Of a stretch of 64,000 nucleotides of DNA, positions 1 to 11,184 are shown piece after piece. The stretch spans positions 224,001-288,000 of the forward strand of contig CAWDTA010000002.1 of NCBI GenBank assembly GCA_963805085.1, read 5' to 3'. The notes under the pieces were generated by a model. That model did not search any database. It was given only the letters and a program-made list of their open reading frames with translations, and was not told the DNA's origin. The position numbers and the translations under genes were made by a program. Positions within the stretch are counted from its first letter, which is position 1; every line of letters begins with the position of its first letter. Source of the DNA: an uncultured Veillonellaceae bacterium (GTDB lineage: Bacteria; Bacillota; Negativicutes; JARBTT01).

Positions 1-423
1 AACAATACCTAAGCCAACTTCTGGTTGACCAAATCTTGCAGTTTCAGAAGCAATTCTGATATCGCAAGCCATTGCAAGTTCACAACCACCGCCAAGAGCG
101 AAACCATTAACTGCTGCAATAACTGGTTTTGGGCATTGTTCAATTTTTAAGAAAACGCCTTGTCCTTGTTCAGCAAAGACTTTGCCTTCTTCCACATTTT
201 TATCTTTCATTTCTGTAATATCGGCACCGGCAACAAATGATTTTTCTCCAGCACCAGTAATAATAATTGCTTGAATACTATCGTTTGCAGCTAGTTCATC
301 AATAACTTGACCAATTTCATTAAGCAAAGCAGCATTTAAAGCATTAAGTGCTTTTGGACGATTTAACGTAACGATCGCTAAGCCATTTTCTTCTGTAAGC
401 AATAAATTATGATAAGTAGTCAA
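1..423 (-). CDS. crt: Enoyl-CoA hydratase/crotonase (5' part; runs off the window)
   Basis: Manual translation from TTG at 423 (GGAG RBS upstream): MTTYHNLLLTEENGLAIVTLNRPKALNALN...GAGEKSFVAGADI...AVNGFALGGGCELAMACDIRIA..ARFGQPEVGLG, classic crotonase motifs; absent from the ORF track. Confidence 0.92.
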   Translation of the reverse strand, partial: MTTYHNLLLTEENGLAIVTLNRPKALNALNAALLNEIGQVIDELAANDSIQAIIITGAGEKSFVAGADITEMKDKNVEEGKVFAEQGQGVFLKIEQCPKPVIAAVNGFALGGGCELAMACDIRIASETARFGQPEVGLGIV

Positions 424-440
424 TTTTAACAACTCCAATT

Positions 441-2000
441 TTATTTATTTGACATATCAGTAGATAATCCCATTGGTTTATCCATAAAGATTCTAGCGTC
501 CATCAATTTTAGACCAGGGGAAACGGCTACTATAGCATCTAATTGATCTAAAACATCACGTTGTAAATCTACACCTGGCGCGATTTCTGTTAAGACCAAG
601 CCATTTTCTTCTAATCTAAATACAGCTCTTTCTGTAATGTAAATAACCGGTTGATTGATTGATCTCGCATATTCAGCACTAAAGGTAACTTGTTCAACCT
701 TTTCAATAAATTTCTTTGAACGACCTTCCTTATCAATTACTAACTTGCCGTCTTCTACTTTGATTTTTAAGCCGCCTGCCGTTAAAGTACCACAGAATAC
801 AATTTTCTTTGCATTTTGAGAAATATTAATAAAGCCACCACAGCCTGGAATTTTGGGGCCAAACTTACTTACATTAAGATTCCCTTTGCTATCTACTTGC
901 GCAATCCCCAAACAAGTAATATCTAAATTACCACCATCATAGAAGTCAAACATCTCAGCTTGTCCAAGCATAGCTTCAGCATTGATCGTAGCTCCAAAGC
1001 TTGCACCTGCTGCTGGGACCCCGCCAATACCACCCGATTCTACTGTCATAGTAAGAGTATCGCCGAAACCTTCTTCTGCTGCTACTGCTGCTACACCTTC
1101 TGGCATACCTATGCCAAGATTCGCACGGCAATGTGGTTTTAATTCCATAGCTGCACGACGCGCAATAATTTTGCGTTCGGTTAATGCCAACGGTTTTATT
1201 GCACCTAATGGCATTTTGACTTCGCCATTATAAGAAGGATTGTAATATTCTCCGCCTGTTTGATTAAATAAGCCAGCGTCGCCAACAACAACATAATCAA
1301 CTAAAACACCAGGAACCTTAATTGCTCTAGGATCAAGCGATCCTTTCCCTGCAACTCTTTCTACTTCGGCAATTACGATACCGTTATTTGCTTTTGCAGC
1401 ACCGGCAATTGCTAATGCTTCGCAATATACAGCTTCCCGTTCCATCGTTAAATTACCATTTTCATCGGTAGTACTAGCACGAATTAAAGCAACATCTACT
1501 GGAAAGGCTTTGTAGAATAAAAATTCTTCGCCATCAATATTCATTAATTTAACAATATCTTCTGTCGTTCTTGTATTGAGTTTGCCACCTTCAAGACGTG
1601 GGTCAATAAAAGTTTTTAAACCAACCTTACTAAGTACCCCTGGTTTTTTACCTGCCGCAGCTCTATGTAAATGAGAAACGATCCCTTGTGGTATGTTATA
1701 AGCTTCTACTTGGTTATTACTAACCAATTCTCCTAAGCGTGGGGCCAAGCCATAGTGACCGCCAATGATTCTTCTAATCATTCCAGCATTACCAAAATGA
1801 TTAGATCCTTTAGTTTTACCATCGCCAATACCTGCACTGAATTGAATGGTCAAATCTTTAGGATGCCCAGAAGCTAAGAAACTTTCTTCGCAAGCAGAAG
1901 TGATACTTTCCGGATGGTCACAACCAACGAAACCTGTCATCGCTACGAAAGTATCATCTTGAATAAGTTTGATTGCTTCTTCTTTTGTAATAATTTTCAT
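441..2000 (-). CDS. Fused family I acyl-CoA:acetate/propionate CoA-transferase (Pct/YdiF type)
   Basis: 519 aa; NLGIGMP, catalytic VESG glutamate and GCGGFINISQNAK motifs. Confidence 0.9.
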   Translation of the reverse strand: MKIITKEEAIKLIQDDTFVAMTGFVGCDHPESITSACEESFLASGHPKDLTIQFSAGIGDGKTKGSNHFGNAGMIRRIIGGHYGLAPRLGELVSNNQVEAYNIPQGIVSHLHRAAAGKKPGVLSKVGLKTFIDPRLEGGKLNTRTTEDIVKLMNIDGEEFLFYKAFPVDVALIRASTTDENGNLTMEREAVYCEALAIAGAAKANNGIVIAEVERVAGKGSLDPRAIKVPGVLVDYVVVGDAGLFNQTGGEYYNPSYNGEVKMPLGAIKPLALTERKIIARRAAMELKPHCRANLGIGMPEGVAAVAAEEGFGDTLTMTVESGGIGGVPAAGASFGATINAEAMLGQAEMFDFYDGGNLDITCLGIAQVDSKGNLNVSKFGPKIPGCGGFINISQNAKKIVFCGTLTAGGLKIKVEDGKLVIDKEGRSKKFIEKVEQVTFSAEYARSINQPVIYITERAVFRLEENGLVLTEIAPGVDLQRDVLDQLDAIVAVSPGLKLMDARIFMDKPMGLSTDMSNK

Positions 2001-2044
2001 CGATTTTTGCTCCCTTACCGTGATTTTATCGTATTACTCTATGA

Positions 2045-3184
2045 TTAACGCAGTAAACTACCAGCAATAACCATACGTTGTACTTCATTGGTACCTTCAT
2101 AAAGAGTACAAATCTTAGCATCACGATAACAACGTTCAACTTTAAAGTCTTTAATATAGCCATAACCACCATGAATTTGAATTGCTTTATTACATACCCA
2201 ATCAGCAGATTCTGATGCAAACATTTTAGCCATTGCAGCTTCTTTACTATATTTTTCTCCTCTATCTTTTGCTGCCGCAGCTTGGTAAGTCAATAAACGA
2301 GAAGCTTGAATTTTTGTTTCCATTTCAGCAAGCATCCATTGAATTGCTTGTTTTGTTGCGATTGGTTTACCGAATTGCACTCTTTCTTTTGCAAATTTTA
2401 CAGCTTCTTCTAATGCTGCTTGGGCAATTCCTAAAGCTTGTGCAGCAACACCGATACGACCACCATCTAGAGTAGTCATTGCAATGCCGAAGCCTTTGCC
2501 TTCTTTACCAATTAGGTTTTCTTTTGGAATATGGCAATTTTTAAAAATTAATTCTGTTGTTTGCGATCCACGAATCCCCATTTTGTCTTCATGTTTACCA
2601 ATCTCAAAACCAGGTACTCCACCTTCGACCACAAAAGCACTTATTCCTTTAGTACCTAATGTAGGATCTGTAAGCGCTAAAATAATATATACATCAGCTA
2701 CACCACCATTGGTGATAAAACATTTTGTTCCGTTCAGTACATATTCGTCACCATCAAGTTTTGCTGTACATTGACCGGCCGCCGCATCTGTGCCAGCACT
2801 TGGTTCAGTTAATGCAAAAGCGGCTAATTTTTCTCCTTTACATAATGGAACTAAATATTTTTGTTTTAATTCTTCAGAACCCCAATTATAAATAGGGAAC
2901 ATTCCTAATGAGCAATGTGCGGAATAAATGATACCTGTAGAAGCACAAGCTTTTGACAATTCTTCTACTACCATAATATAGCTTAAATAATCTGCACCTG
3001 CTCCGCCGTATTCTTCTGGATAAGGCATACCCATAAAGTCCATTTCAGCCATTTTCTTAATTGTTTCAGCGGGATAACGACCTGTTTTATCTAATTCTTC
3101 TGCAAGTGGTTCTACCTGCTCTGCCGCAAATTCACGAGCATTTTGTTGAATAAGTTGTTGTTCTTCCGTTAAAGCGAAATCCAT
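2045..3184 (-). CDS. bcd: Acyl-CoA (butyryl-CoA) dehydrogenase
   Basis: FALTEPSAGTDA, LDGGRIGVAAQ, QIHGGYGY and LYEGTNEVQR motifs; start moved to MDFALT behind a GAGGAGG RBS. Confidence 0.92.
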   Translation of the reverse strand: MDFALTEEQQLIQQNAREFAAEQVEPLAEELDKTGRYPAETIKKMAEMDFMGMPYPEEYGGAGADYLSYIMVVEELSKACASTGIIYSAHCSLGMFPIYNWGSEELKQKYLVPLCKGEKLAAFALTEPSAGTDAAAGQCTAKLDGDEYVLNGTKCFITNGGVADVYIILALTDPTLGTKGISAFVVEGGVPGFEIGKHEDKMGIRGSQTTELIFKNCHIPKENLIGKEGKGFGIAMTTLDGGRIGVAAQALGIAQAALEEAVKFAKERVQFGKPIATKQAIQWMLAEMETKIQASRLLTYQAAAAKDRGEKYSKEAAMAKMFASESADWVCNKAIQIHGGYGYIKDFKVERCYRDAKICTLYEGTNEVQRMVIAGSLLR

Positions 3185-3302
3185 AATAAAAATCCTCCTC
3201 AAAATATACAATTAAATTTTTTTATTAAATCACTACCAACAATATAGTTATCTAAAAATAACATTGCTAAATATGATTTAATTATTGACACAAATATATA
3301 AT

Positions 3303-3318
3303 TGCATTTAACGTGCCA
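3303..3318 (-). promoter_or_regulatory. Sigma54 -24/-12 promoter of the bcd-CoA transferase-crt operon
   Basis: Minus strand TGGCACGTTAAATGCA (GG-N10-GC), ~120 bp upstream of bcd and next to a sigma54 activator gene. Confidence 0.85.
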
Positions 3319-3482
3319 ATTCTTAGATTTTTATGAAAATTTTCTTTTTGCATCTTTGTCAGAAAATTAGGAACTATTAATTATATTGGGTGTGAGCCAT
3401 GCCATTAGCATAAAAAAAAATTATTAAATCATAATAACAAATCATTATTTCCGACATTTAATTGATTTTTGACAAAGAAAAA

Positions 3483-3519
3483 GTGTCGGTATAGACGTCA
3501 TATATAGACATACCGACAC
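3483..3519. promoter_or_regulatory. Probable upstream activator sequence for the sigma54 EBP
   Basis: Inverted repeat GTGTCGGTAT...ATACCGACAC; related TGT-N8-ACA sites (tgtctaatcagaca 8042-8055, tgtagtatccgaca 8252-8265) lie upstream of the second sigma54 promoter. Confidence 0.55.
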
Positions 3520-3532
3520 AGTGTTTGTTTTC

Positions 3533-5590
3533 TTATTTTAAATTGTACTTTTTCATCTTTTCATATAGCGTAGAACGATGAATTCCTAAAATTTTTGCAG
3601 CTAATGCCTTATTTCCTTTGGTATCATGCAATACGTCCTGAATATTTTTTTCTTCATCTTCCACTACGCCTTCGCTATTTTTCTTTCGTTGAGAACTCTG
3701 CTGTTCTACAACTATAGACGGAAGTTGCTTTGGCGTAATGAGTATACTACTCACAGTTGCACCAATTTGCTCCAAAATGTTGATTAATTCTCGGATGTTC
3801 CCCGGCCAATTATAAGAACGAAGCAAAGCTAAAGCTTCTGGTGAAAATTGTTTTAAAAGAATCCCCAAATTATTGCACATCTTAGGCATCAACATGTCTA
3901 TTAACTCACCGATATCTTCTTGCCGCTCCCTTAAAGAAGGAACATTTAAACATATTACATTAAGACGATAATATAAATCTTCTCTAAAGATTTTTTTCTC
4001 TACCAATTCAAGTAAATTTTTATTGGTCGCTGCAATAATACGAACATCACAATACCGAACCTGTTCTCCGCCAACGTGTTCAAAGGTTTTATTTTGCATA
4101 ACTCTAAGTAATTTTGCCTGCATTGAGAGTGGCATATCGCCAATTTCATCTAAGAACAAGGTTCCGCCTTCAGCGATTTCAAATTTACCCTTTTTCCCAC
4201 CCTTTTTTGCCCCAGTAAAAGCACCTTCGTCATAACCAAACAATTCTGTTTCCAACAATTCTGCTGGTATAGCTGCACAGTTAATTGCAACTAACTTTTT
4301 ATTGCACCGATTACTTCCATTGTGAATAGCCTGTGCAAATAAATCCTTGCCTGTACCACTTTCCCCTTGAATCAATACCGTTGCATCCGTTATAGCTGCT
4401 TTTGCTGCTAAATTTTTTACAGAAACGATACTACGTGATCGGCCAATGATACTTTCAAAAGTAATGAGCTGTTTGGAATCTTTTAAGCTACTATCTTGCC
4501 CCTGTGAATTTACTTTGAGTAAAGTTTTTCCACGTTCTAATATTGTGCCAACTTCGCTAATATCTTTAAAAATAGCCTCACCAATTGCCCCAATAATTCT
4601 ACCTTCCTTAAACATCGGTACCCTACTAACCACAACTTGCCGGCCTTTTACCCCTTGGAACTCCGCTAACTCCGCAATACCTGTTTTTAAGACAATATGC
4701 ATGCGCGAATTTTCCACTGCACTATCTGCTTTTCGCCCAATCAATTCTTCTCTTGAAATTCCCATCACATTTTCATAAGAATTATTGACTAATTTAATCA
4801 CATTATCTGTACCAACCACAATGATTCCTTGTGCCATACTTTCAAATACGCACTCCAAAGCTTGTATGCTACTTTCTTTTTCAATGAGTTGATCAGTGAT
4901 ACCAGCTTCTTGCGAAATATCTCTAAGAACTGCTACCGCACCCACGACCTTATAGCCTTCACAAATCGGTGCACGATTTACGCTTAACGTTTGCCCATTT
5001 ATCTCAAAGGATTGATTAAGTTCCGTCTCACCCATCCGGATGACATTCATTAATCGCGAATTCGGTAAAATATCATAAATAAATTTATCTTTGGCATCTT
5101 CAGGTTTTACGCCAATCAAACGACCTGCGATCTCATTAATTTCTTTAATAATACCATAATAGTTGACAATAATTGTTCCATCATAAGATAGCTTCATTAA
5201 ATTTTTTATAATATTATTTGCCTTCCACATTTTTGAATAAAATATCTTCATAAACTCTTGCCGATTCAGCATTCCTACAATTCTATGATCATAATCAACC
5301 ACTGGCAAATGATTCATTGGTATCTGCCACGCTTCTTCTAGAGTATTATCAGGACTTATTGTAATAACCCCTTGTGTCATAATAGAGTCTATGCTACTGC
5401 TTACGGGTATTTCATTAACAATTGCTTCAATAATATTAGTTCGAGTAACCATTCCAACTAATTTGTTGTTTTGTTCCAGTACTGGAGCTACATCTATTTT
5501 ATATTTATAAAATAGCCCAACTACATCTTTTAATGTATGATTAATTTTAAGGGTTTTGGGATTTGATGTCATAAAATCTCTTACCAGCAT
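3533..5590 (-). CDS. Sigma54-dependent transcriptional activator (CBS pair-PAS-PAS-AAA+-Fis HTH)
   Basis: N-terminal CBS pair (VRDFMT...), GESGTGKD Walker A, GAFTGA, LFLDEIG, WPGNIREL, C-terminal AAKILGIHRSTLY. Confidence 0.95.
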   Translation of the reverse strand: MLVRDFMTSNPKTLKINHTLKDVVGLFYKYKIDVAPVLEQNNKLVGMVTRTNIIEAIVNEIPVSSSIDSIMTQGVITISPDNTLEEAWQIPMNHLPVVDYDHRIVGMLNRQEFMKIFYSKMWKANNIIKNLMKLSYDGTIIVNYYGIIKEINEIAGRLIGVKPEDAKDKFIYDILPNSRLMNVIRMGETELNQSFEINGQTLSVNRAPICEGYKVVGAVAVLRDISQEAGITDQLIEKESSIQALECVFESMAQGIIVVGTDNVIKLVNNSYENVMGISREELIGRKADSAVENSRMHIVLKTGIAELAEFQGVKGRQVVVSRVPMFKEGRIIGAIGEAIFKDISEVGTILERGKTLLKVNSQGQDSSLKDSKQLITFESIIGRSRSIVSVKNLAAKAAITDATVLIQGESGTGKDLFAQAIHNGSNRCNKKLVAINCAAIPAELLETELFGYDEGAFTGAKKGGKKGKFEIAEGGTLFLDEIGDMPLSMQAKLLRVMQNKTFEHVGGEQVRYCDVRIIAATNKNLLELVEKKIFREDLYYRLNVICLNVPSLRERQEDIGELIDMLMPKMCNNLGILLKQFSPEALALLRSYNWPGNIRELINILEQIGATVSSILITPKQLPSIVVEQQSSQRKKNSEGVVEDEEKNIQDVLHDTKGNKALAAKILGIHRSTLYEKMKKYNLK

Positions 5591-5813
5591 GTCAGTACCT
5601 CCATATAAATATTGTACTCTTTTGCTATAGCAGGATATGTCTACTTAAAAGCCATTCCCCTTTATTATACACATCATTTTTGTTAATACGACAAATTTCG
5701 TCATTAAATTACAAAAAATAATTCATTGTTTTCTGAATATAAAGTCTTTTGATCATTTACTCTATTAATATTGAAATTAATATACTTTATCGGCTTTAAG
5801 TTAAATATAAATA

Positions 5814-5842
5814 GAGGGATTAGCACGCTATGCTAATCCCCC
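5814..5842. terminator. Rho-independent terminator hairpin after the MaoC gene
   Basis: GGGATTAGCA-cgcta-TGCTAATCCC. Confidence 0.7.
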
Positions 5843-5861
5843 TGCAATAAATTAAATTTGA

Positions 5862-6281
5862 TTATTCTTTAGGCGGCATAGCCAGTGCTTCACCATCTAA
5901 AACAACTTTACCATCTTGATTCGTACAAGTCGTTTTTAAAGTAATACGATTGCGATCTACATTGCGATCAATGACTTCTGCTCTAGCAGTTATTGTATCA
6001 CCAAATCTTACTGGAGCCGTAAATTTTAAGGTTTGTGACATATAGATCGTTCCTGGTCCTGGTAGTTGCATTCCTAAGACAGCCGAAACCAAACCAGCAC
6101 TTAACATTCCATGCGCGATACGTCCTTTAAACATCCCCTTTTCAGCTTCTACTGCATTTATATGCGCCGGATTCAAATCGCCAGTAATACCAGCAAATAA
6201 ATACACGTCACTTTCAGAAATTGTTTTTGTGTGCTCAGCAAAATCCCCTACTTTTAATTCAGCCATAGTTCTACCTTTCAT
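5862..6281 (-). CDS. MaoC-family (R)-specific enoyl-CoA hydratase (PhaJ/CroR-like)
   Basis: FAGITGDLNPAH hydratase-2 motif, RIAHGML, LPGPGTIY. Confidence 0.9.
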   Translation of the reverse strand: MKGRTMAELKVGDFAEHTKTISESDVYLFAGITGDLNPAHINAVEAEKGMFKGRIAHGMLSAGLVSAVLGMQLPGPGTIYMSQTLKFTAPVRFGDTITARAEVIDRNVDRNRITLKTTCTNQDGKVVLDGEALAMPPKE

Positions 6282-6357
6282 ATGTTTTTCCTCCTAAATT
6301 TTATAATTATTTTTTCATTATCTATTGGTAAATCATAAATAAGTACTAGCTTAATTT

Positions 6358-7761
6358 TTATAAAAGCCCTGTCATTGTATGGAATGCAATGATTGCAAAA
6401 CAGGTGACTGTTTTAATGACTGTCATCGCGAAAATATCTTTATACGATTGTCTATGTGTCAAACCACACACTGCTAAAAGTGTGATAACAGCACCATTAT
6501 GTGGTAATGTATCCATACCACCGGATGCCATTGATGCAACCCTATGTAAAATTTCTGGTGACATTCCGATAGAATGTGCCCAAGCCAGCCAATCTTGCGC
6601 CATCAAATCTAGCGCAATGGACATACCACCGGATGCAGAACCCGTAATCCCCGATAAAACATTTACCGTTACCGCTTCTGACATCAGCGGAGAACCACCA
6701 ATATGAATACTCAATAAGGATGCTGCAATTTCTTTAAACCCTGGTAAAGCCGCAATAACATTGCCGTAACCAACTTCAGATGCAGTATTCATGATTGCAA
6801 GCAAAGATCCAATTGCCCCCGCGTTCAAGGCTGCTTGTATTCCACCTTTTTTTAAGTTTTTGTGCCCTACCGCAAGCGCTAAAAGAACACCACTTACAAG
6901 GCCTACAATTAGTGACCAAATACTAATAACGCTTTTAATATCACCAGCTACTAGAGGTAATTTCATTGCCTGAAATGGTGTCAACATTGCGTTATTCCAG
7001 GTAAATAGATCTGTCATCAAAAAATTAACCACTAGAACTGCTGCTAAAGGTAATACGGCAATTTTCCAATCTGGTAAACTTCCAGTTTGACTTTCCTCTA
7101 GTTTTGGCTCATTTAACGTGTGGTTACCATAGCCTTCGCCCTTGGCTTGCGCATCCTTACGACGATGTTCTAACCACATAATTCCTAAACATAAAATTAA
7201 AAGACCGCCTATCATACCGCAAATTGGTGCCGCATAAAGATTAGTACCAAAAAATTTTGTCGGAATTAAATTTTGAATTTGCGGTGTACCAGGAGCGGCA
7301 TCCATCGTGAAGGTAAATGCACCAAGTGCAATGGTTCCTGGAATTAACCGTTTTGGTATATCTGCTTCTTTAAATAATGCTGCTGCAAAAGGATATACTG
7401 CAAACACTACAACGAATAAAAGCACACCACCATAAGTCAAAACAACACAAGCTAGTACAACCGCTAAAATTGCTCTTTCTTTTCCTAGCCCTTTGATGAT
7501 AGCTGCAGCAATTGATTTTGCCAGTCCAGTATCTTCCATAACCTTTCCGAAAATAGCACCTAATATAAATACGGGGAAAAAAGATTTAATATAGATAACG
7601 GCTTTTACCATAAATAACTCTGTATAAGATGGTAAAATAGAAAATCCTTGAGTCATTGCTGCTAATAGTGCGAATATTGGCGCAAATAAAATAACAGAAA
7701 ATCCTTTGTACGCAAAAGTGATCAGCAAGATCAAGCTTAGTATGATTCCGATTATTTCCAT
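6358..7761 (-). CDS. GntP-family permease (hydroxy-acid uptake type)
   Basis: 467-aa polytopic protein; PGTPQIQN, ITGSASGGMSIAL and GGMDTLPHNGAVITLL motifs. Confidence 0.88.
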   Translation of the reverse strand: MEIIGIILSLILLITFAYKGFSVILFAPIFALLAAMTQGFSILPSYTELFMVKAVIYIKSFFPVFILGAIFGKVMEDTGLAKSIAAAIIKGLGKERAILAVVLACVVLTYGGVLLFVVVFAVYPFAAALFKEADIPKRLIPGTIALGAFTFTMDAAPGTPQIQNLIPTKFFGTNLYAAPICGMIGGLLILCLGIMWLEHRRKDAQAKGEGYGNHTLNEPKLEESQTGSLPDWKIAVLPLAAVLVVNFLMTDLFTWNNAMLTPFQAMKLPLVAGDIKSVISIWSLIVGLVSGVLLALAVGHKNLKKGGIQAALNAGAIGSLLAIMNTASEVGYGNVIAALPGFKEIAASLLSIHIGGSPLMSEAVTVNVLSGITGSASGGMSIALDLMAQDWLAWAHSIGMSPEILHRVASMASGGMDTLPHNGAVITLLAVCGLTHRQSYKDIFAMTVIKTVTCFAIIAFHTMTGLL

Positions 7762-7970
7762 GAATCTATCTCCTTCTAATTATAATCTGAATTTTCAGGT
7801 ATTCATTCTGGTCTGATTGCTATACTATTCTTCTGACCAAGATCAATAAAAGAATTTATTTCACCTTCCTTTTCACTATTTCTATACCGTATGAGCATTG
7901 ATAAGCTAACGCCGAATCAAAATAGTTTCTGATTATCATAGCATAATTTTAACTCATGCTGATGTATTAC

Positions 7971-7986
7971 TGCATTTACTGTGCCA
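7971..7986 (-). promoter_or_regulatory. Sigma54 -24/-12 promoter of the permease-maoC operon
   Basis: Minus strand TGGCACAGTAAATGCA, nearly identical to the promoter at 3303-3318. Confidence 0.85.
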
Positions 7987-8317
7987 ACATGATAATGTTA
8001 GGGAAACCAAGGCATTTATCGCTTTATGAACCAAATTTGAGTGTCTAATCAGACATTTTTTTCAGACACAACTACACTTTTAATTGTTTTTTCATAATTT
8101 TCAATCATTTTGTAATTAAAACTGAATACATATCTACTGTTTATTGACAAAGTCTTCAGAATTTATTAAGATTACTTGTATAATAAACTTAAAATTACGA
8201 AATTTTGTACTAAAACCCTACTTTATAAATACATCCACTTAGAAATTTAATTGTAGTATCCGACACTTTATACAGACGCTCGTCCACCTTTTACTATGAA
8301 TGTGATAATAATAAAAT

Positions 8318-8362
8318 AAAAAAACAGTATCCGAATTTGTAAATTCGGATACTGTTTTTTTA
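8318..8362. terminator. Terminator downstream of sucD
   Basis: A-tract CAGTATCCGAATTT-gt-AAATTCGGATACTG T-tract. Confidence 0.8.
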
Positions 8363-8384
8363 TTATTATCTTTTCTGAATGCGA

Positions 8385-9287
8385 TTAATGCGTATGACAA
8401 GAGTCATACAGACCTTTTTCTTTTAACACTTTGATTAAGGTTTCCCCCATCGCAGCTGGTGTTGGTGCTACTTGGATACCACAAGAATTCATCGCCCGAA
8501 TTTTTTCATCAGCCGTGCCTTTTCCGCCCGAAATAATCGCACCAGCGTGTCCCATACGTTTACCTGGAGGTGCCATACGACCACCGATAAAACCAACTAC
8601 CGGTTTTTTCATATGTTTTTTGATCCATTCAGCCGCTTCTTCTTCGGCCGTACCACCAATTTCACCAAGCATCATCACCGCATAAGTATCTTCATCTTCA
8701 TTAAAAGCTTTTAATACATCAATAAAATCCATACCTTTGATTGGATCGCCACCGATACCAACAGCAGAAGTCTGTCCAATTCCAGCCTGTGACAATTGAT
8801 GTACTGCTTCGTAAGTTAAGGTTCCCGAACGCGATATAACGCCAACATGACCTTTTTTATGAATATAGGATGGCATCAAGCCAATCTTGCACTCCTCGGC
8901 AGTAGTAACACCCGGACAATTTGGTCCGATTAAACGTGTTTTCTTGCCTTCCATATAACGTTTTACCTTGACCATATCGAGTACAGGAATATGTTCAGTT
9001 ATACAAATCACCAATGCTAGCTCCGAATCTACAGCTTCCAAAATCGCATCTGCGGCAAATGGGGCTGGTACATAAATAACCGAAACAGTTGCACCAGTTG
9101 CTTTAACTGCTTCACTTAATGTATTAAAAACTGGTACGCCCTCGACCTTCTCGCCGCCTTTACCCGGTGTAACACCAGCAACTATTTTTGTTCCGTATTC
9201 AATCATTTGTTTTGTATGAAATTTTGCCGTAGAACCTGTAATCCCTTGTACAACGACCTTCGTATCTTTATTAACTAAAATACTCAT
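8385..9287 (-). CDS. sucD: Succinyl-CoA synthetase alpha subunit
   Basis: [44 protein letters not shown] phospho-His motif. Confidence 0.97.
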   Translation of the reverse strand: MSILVNKDTKVVVQGITGSTAKFHTKQMIEYGTKIVAGVTPGKGGEKVEGVPVFNTLSEAVKATGATVSVIYVPAPFAADAILEAVDSELALVICITEHIPVLDMVKVKRYMEGKKTRLIGPNCPGVTTAEECKIGLMPSYIHKKGHVGVISRSGTLTYEAVHQLSQAGIGQTSAVGIGGDPIKGMDFIDVLKAFNEDEDTYAVMMLGEIGGTAEEEAAEWIKKHMKKPVVGFIGGRMAPPGKRMGHAGAIISGGKGTADEKIRAMNSCGIQVAPTPAAMGETLIKVLKEKGLYDSCHTH

Positions 9288-9305
9288 TTTATTCCCTCCC
9301 CACAA

Positions 9306-10466
9306 TTAACCTACTAAAGAAACAATTTTTTCCGCACCGCTACCAAGTGAATCTGCCACCACAATATCTATCCCAGATTTTTTCAAAATCTCTTTTCCTT
9401 GCTTTACATTCGTACCTTCTAAACGAACCACTAGTGGTACATGAATGCCAACCTGCTGTGCTGCGCCAACAATACCTTGCGCAATAACATCGCATTTGTT
9501 AATGCCACCAAAAATATTAACAAAAATACCTTTTACCTTTTTATCCGCAAGGATGATGTCAAATGCACCTTTTACGGTTTCCACTGTAGTTTTTCCGCCA
9601 ACATCCAAGAAATTTGCTGGTTCGCCGCCATAATGTTTGATAATGTCAACCGTCGCCATTGCCAGTCCTGCCCCATTTACCATACATGCAATATCACCGT
9701 CTAAAGTAACATAGTTCAGGTCATATTTGGCTGCTTCTAACTCATTGGCATCTTCTTCATCATTATCACGATATTCGACCACATCTGGATGACGATACAA
9801 GCCACTATCATCAAAATTTAGTTTTGCATCAAGTGCCATGACTTTACCATCACCAGTCACAACAAGTGGATTGATTTCCGCAATCGAACAATCTTTTTCG
9901 ATAAATACACGATAAAGTCCCATCATAAATTTAACGGCCTGTCCAACAAGTTCTGGCGGAATATTAATATTAAAAGCGATTCGTCTTGCTTGATAACCAG
10001 CAAGTCCAACCACTGGATCAATCACTTCTTTGAAAATTTTCTCAGGCGTTTTCGCTGCTACTGCTTCAATTTCAGTGCCGCCTTCTTCTGAAGCCATCAA
10101 AACAACACTAGAAGTTGCTCTATCGATAACCAGCCCAATATAATATTCTTTTTTGATATCACAGCCCTCTTCAATGAGCAACCGTTTTACGACTTTTCCT
10201 TCTGGACCTGTTTGATGTGTAACTAGAATTTTTCCTAAAATATCGCTCGCATATTGACGAACTTCATCAATATTTTTAGCAACTTTAACCCCACCAGCCT
10301 TGCCACGCCCACCAGCGTGAATTTGTGCTTTTACCACACAAACTTTCGTAGCTAGTTCCTGAGCAACGGCAACGGCTTCTTCTACGGAAAAAGCTGCTTT
10401 ACCATTCGGTACAGCTACACCATATTGTCTGAGGATTTCTTTCCCTTGATATTCATGGATATTCAT
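9306..10466 (-). CDS. sucC: Succinyl-CoA synthetase beta subunit
   Basis: [40 protein letters not shown]. Confidence 0.97.
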   Translation of the reverse strand: MNIHEYQGKEILRQYGVAVPNGKAAFSVEEAVAVAQELATKVCVVKAQIHAGGRGKAGGVKVAKNIDEVRQYASDILGKILVTHQTGPEGKVVKRLLIEEGCDIKKEYYIGLVIDRATSSVVLMASEEGGTEIEAVAAKTPEKIFKEVIDPVVGLAGYQARRIAFNINIPPELVGQAVKFMMGLYRVFIEKDCSIAEINPLVVTGDGKVMALDAKLNFDDSGLYRHPDVVEYRDNDEEDANELEAAKYDLNYVTLDGDIACMVNGAGLAMATVDIIKHYGGEPANFLDVGGKTTVETVKGAFDIILADKKVKGIFVNIFGGINKCDVIAQGIVGAAQQVGIHVPLVVRLEGTNVKQGKEILKKSGIDIVVADSLGSGAEKIVSLVG

Positions 10467-11184
10467 ATTTAAACCTCCTATCAAATATTATCATTCGACC
10501 TAAATTGACAAAATCTTTTAAATATTTGTAAATATTCATCTGGCAACATAGACCACCTTATCTATTATTTTACAACGCCATTAAAATATTTGTCTAGCTA
10601 TTGTTTTATCAAAAATAAAAATCAACTAAACAGTTAAAGTAACCGCAGTTTATAATATTAGGATTTTTACATTGCATCACTAGTCAGGTAACGATTTTCT
10701 CACATTTGAATTGTTACCTATCGGAAAGTTATTTATTCTACTTACAACATTTTTATATTGCCAGAATTTTTTTACGATCCCCCTCACTATTAATTTTTGA
10801 TTATGATTAAACTAAGTTCTATTAATATAATATATGAAAAAAAATAAAAAAAAAGCGTTTTTTGTAAAAAATAAAAAAAATTTTTAATTTTCTTATAAGT
10901 ACTCACAGTGTAACAGTTTGGAAGATCAAACATATCCTATATAGTCATTTCTTTTTTTCAAGCCAGCACCTTATTTTATTCATCCAAAGTAAAAATTTAA
11001 CTGCTTTTTAACACTACAAAACCGATTAACGCACTATATATTTATAGTGAATGGTGTTTCAAAAATAAACTATGCATACACGCGATTCTTTGATAATAGA
11101 CTATCCAAGTCACGCGTTAATTTTCAAACCTTCTAATGCATGACCCATTTGAATGGTTAATATATTAAATACGGAGTGTGATTT

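Noticed and set aside
11044-11135. Possible short MITE upstream of the glycosyltransferase
   Set aside because: Terminal inverted similarity is too degenerate to support in AT-rich DNA
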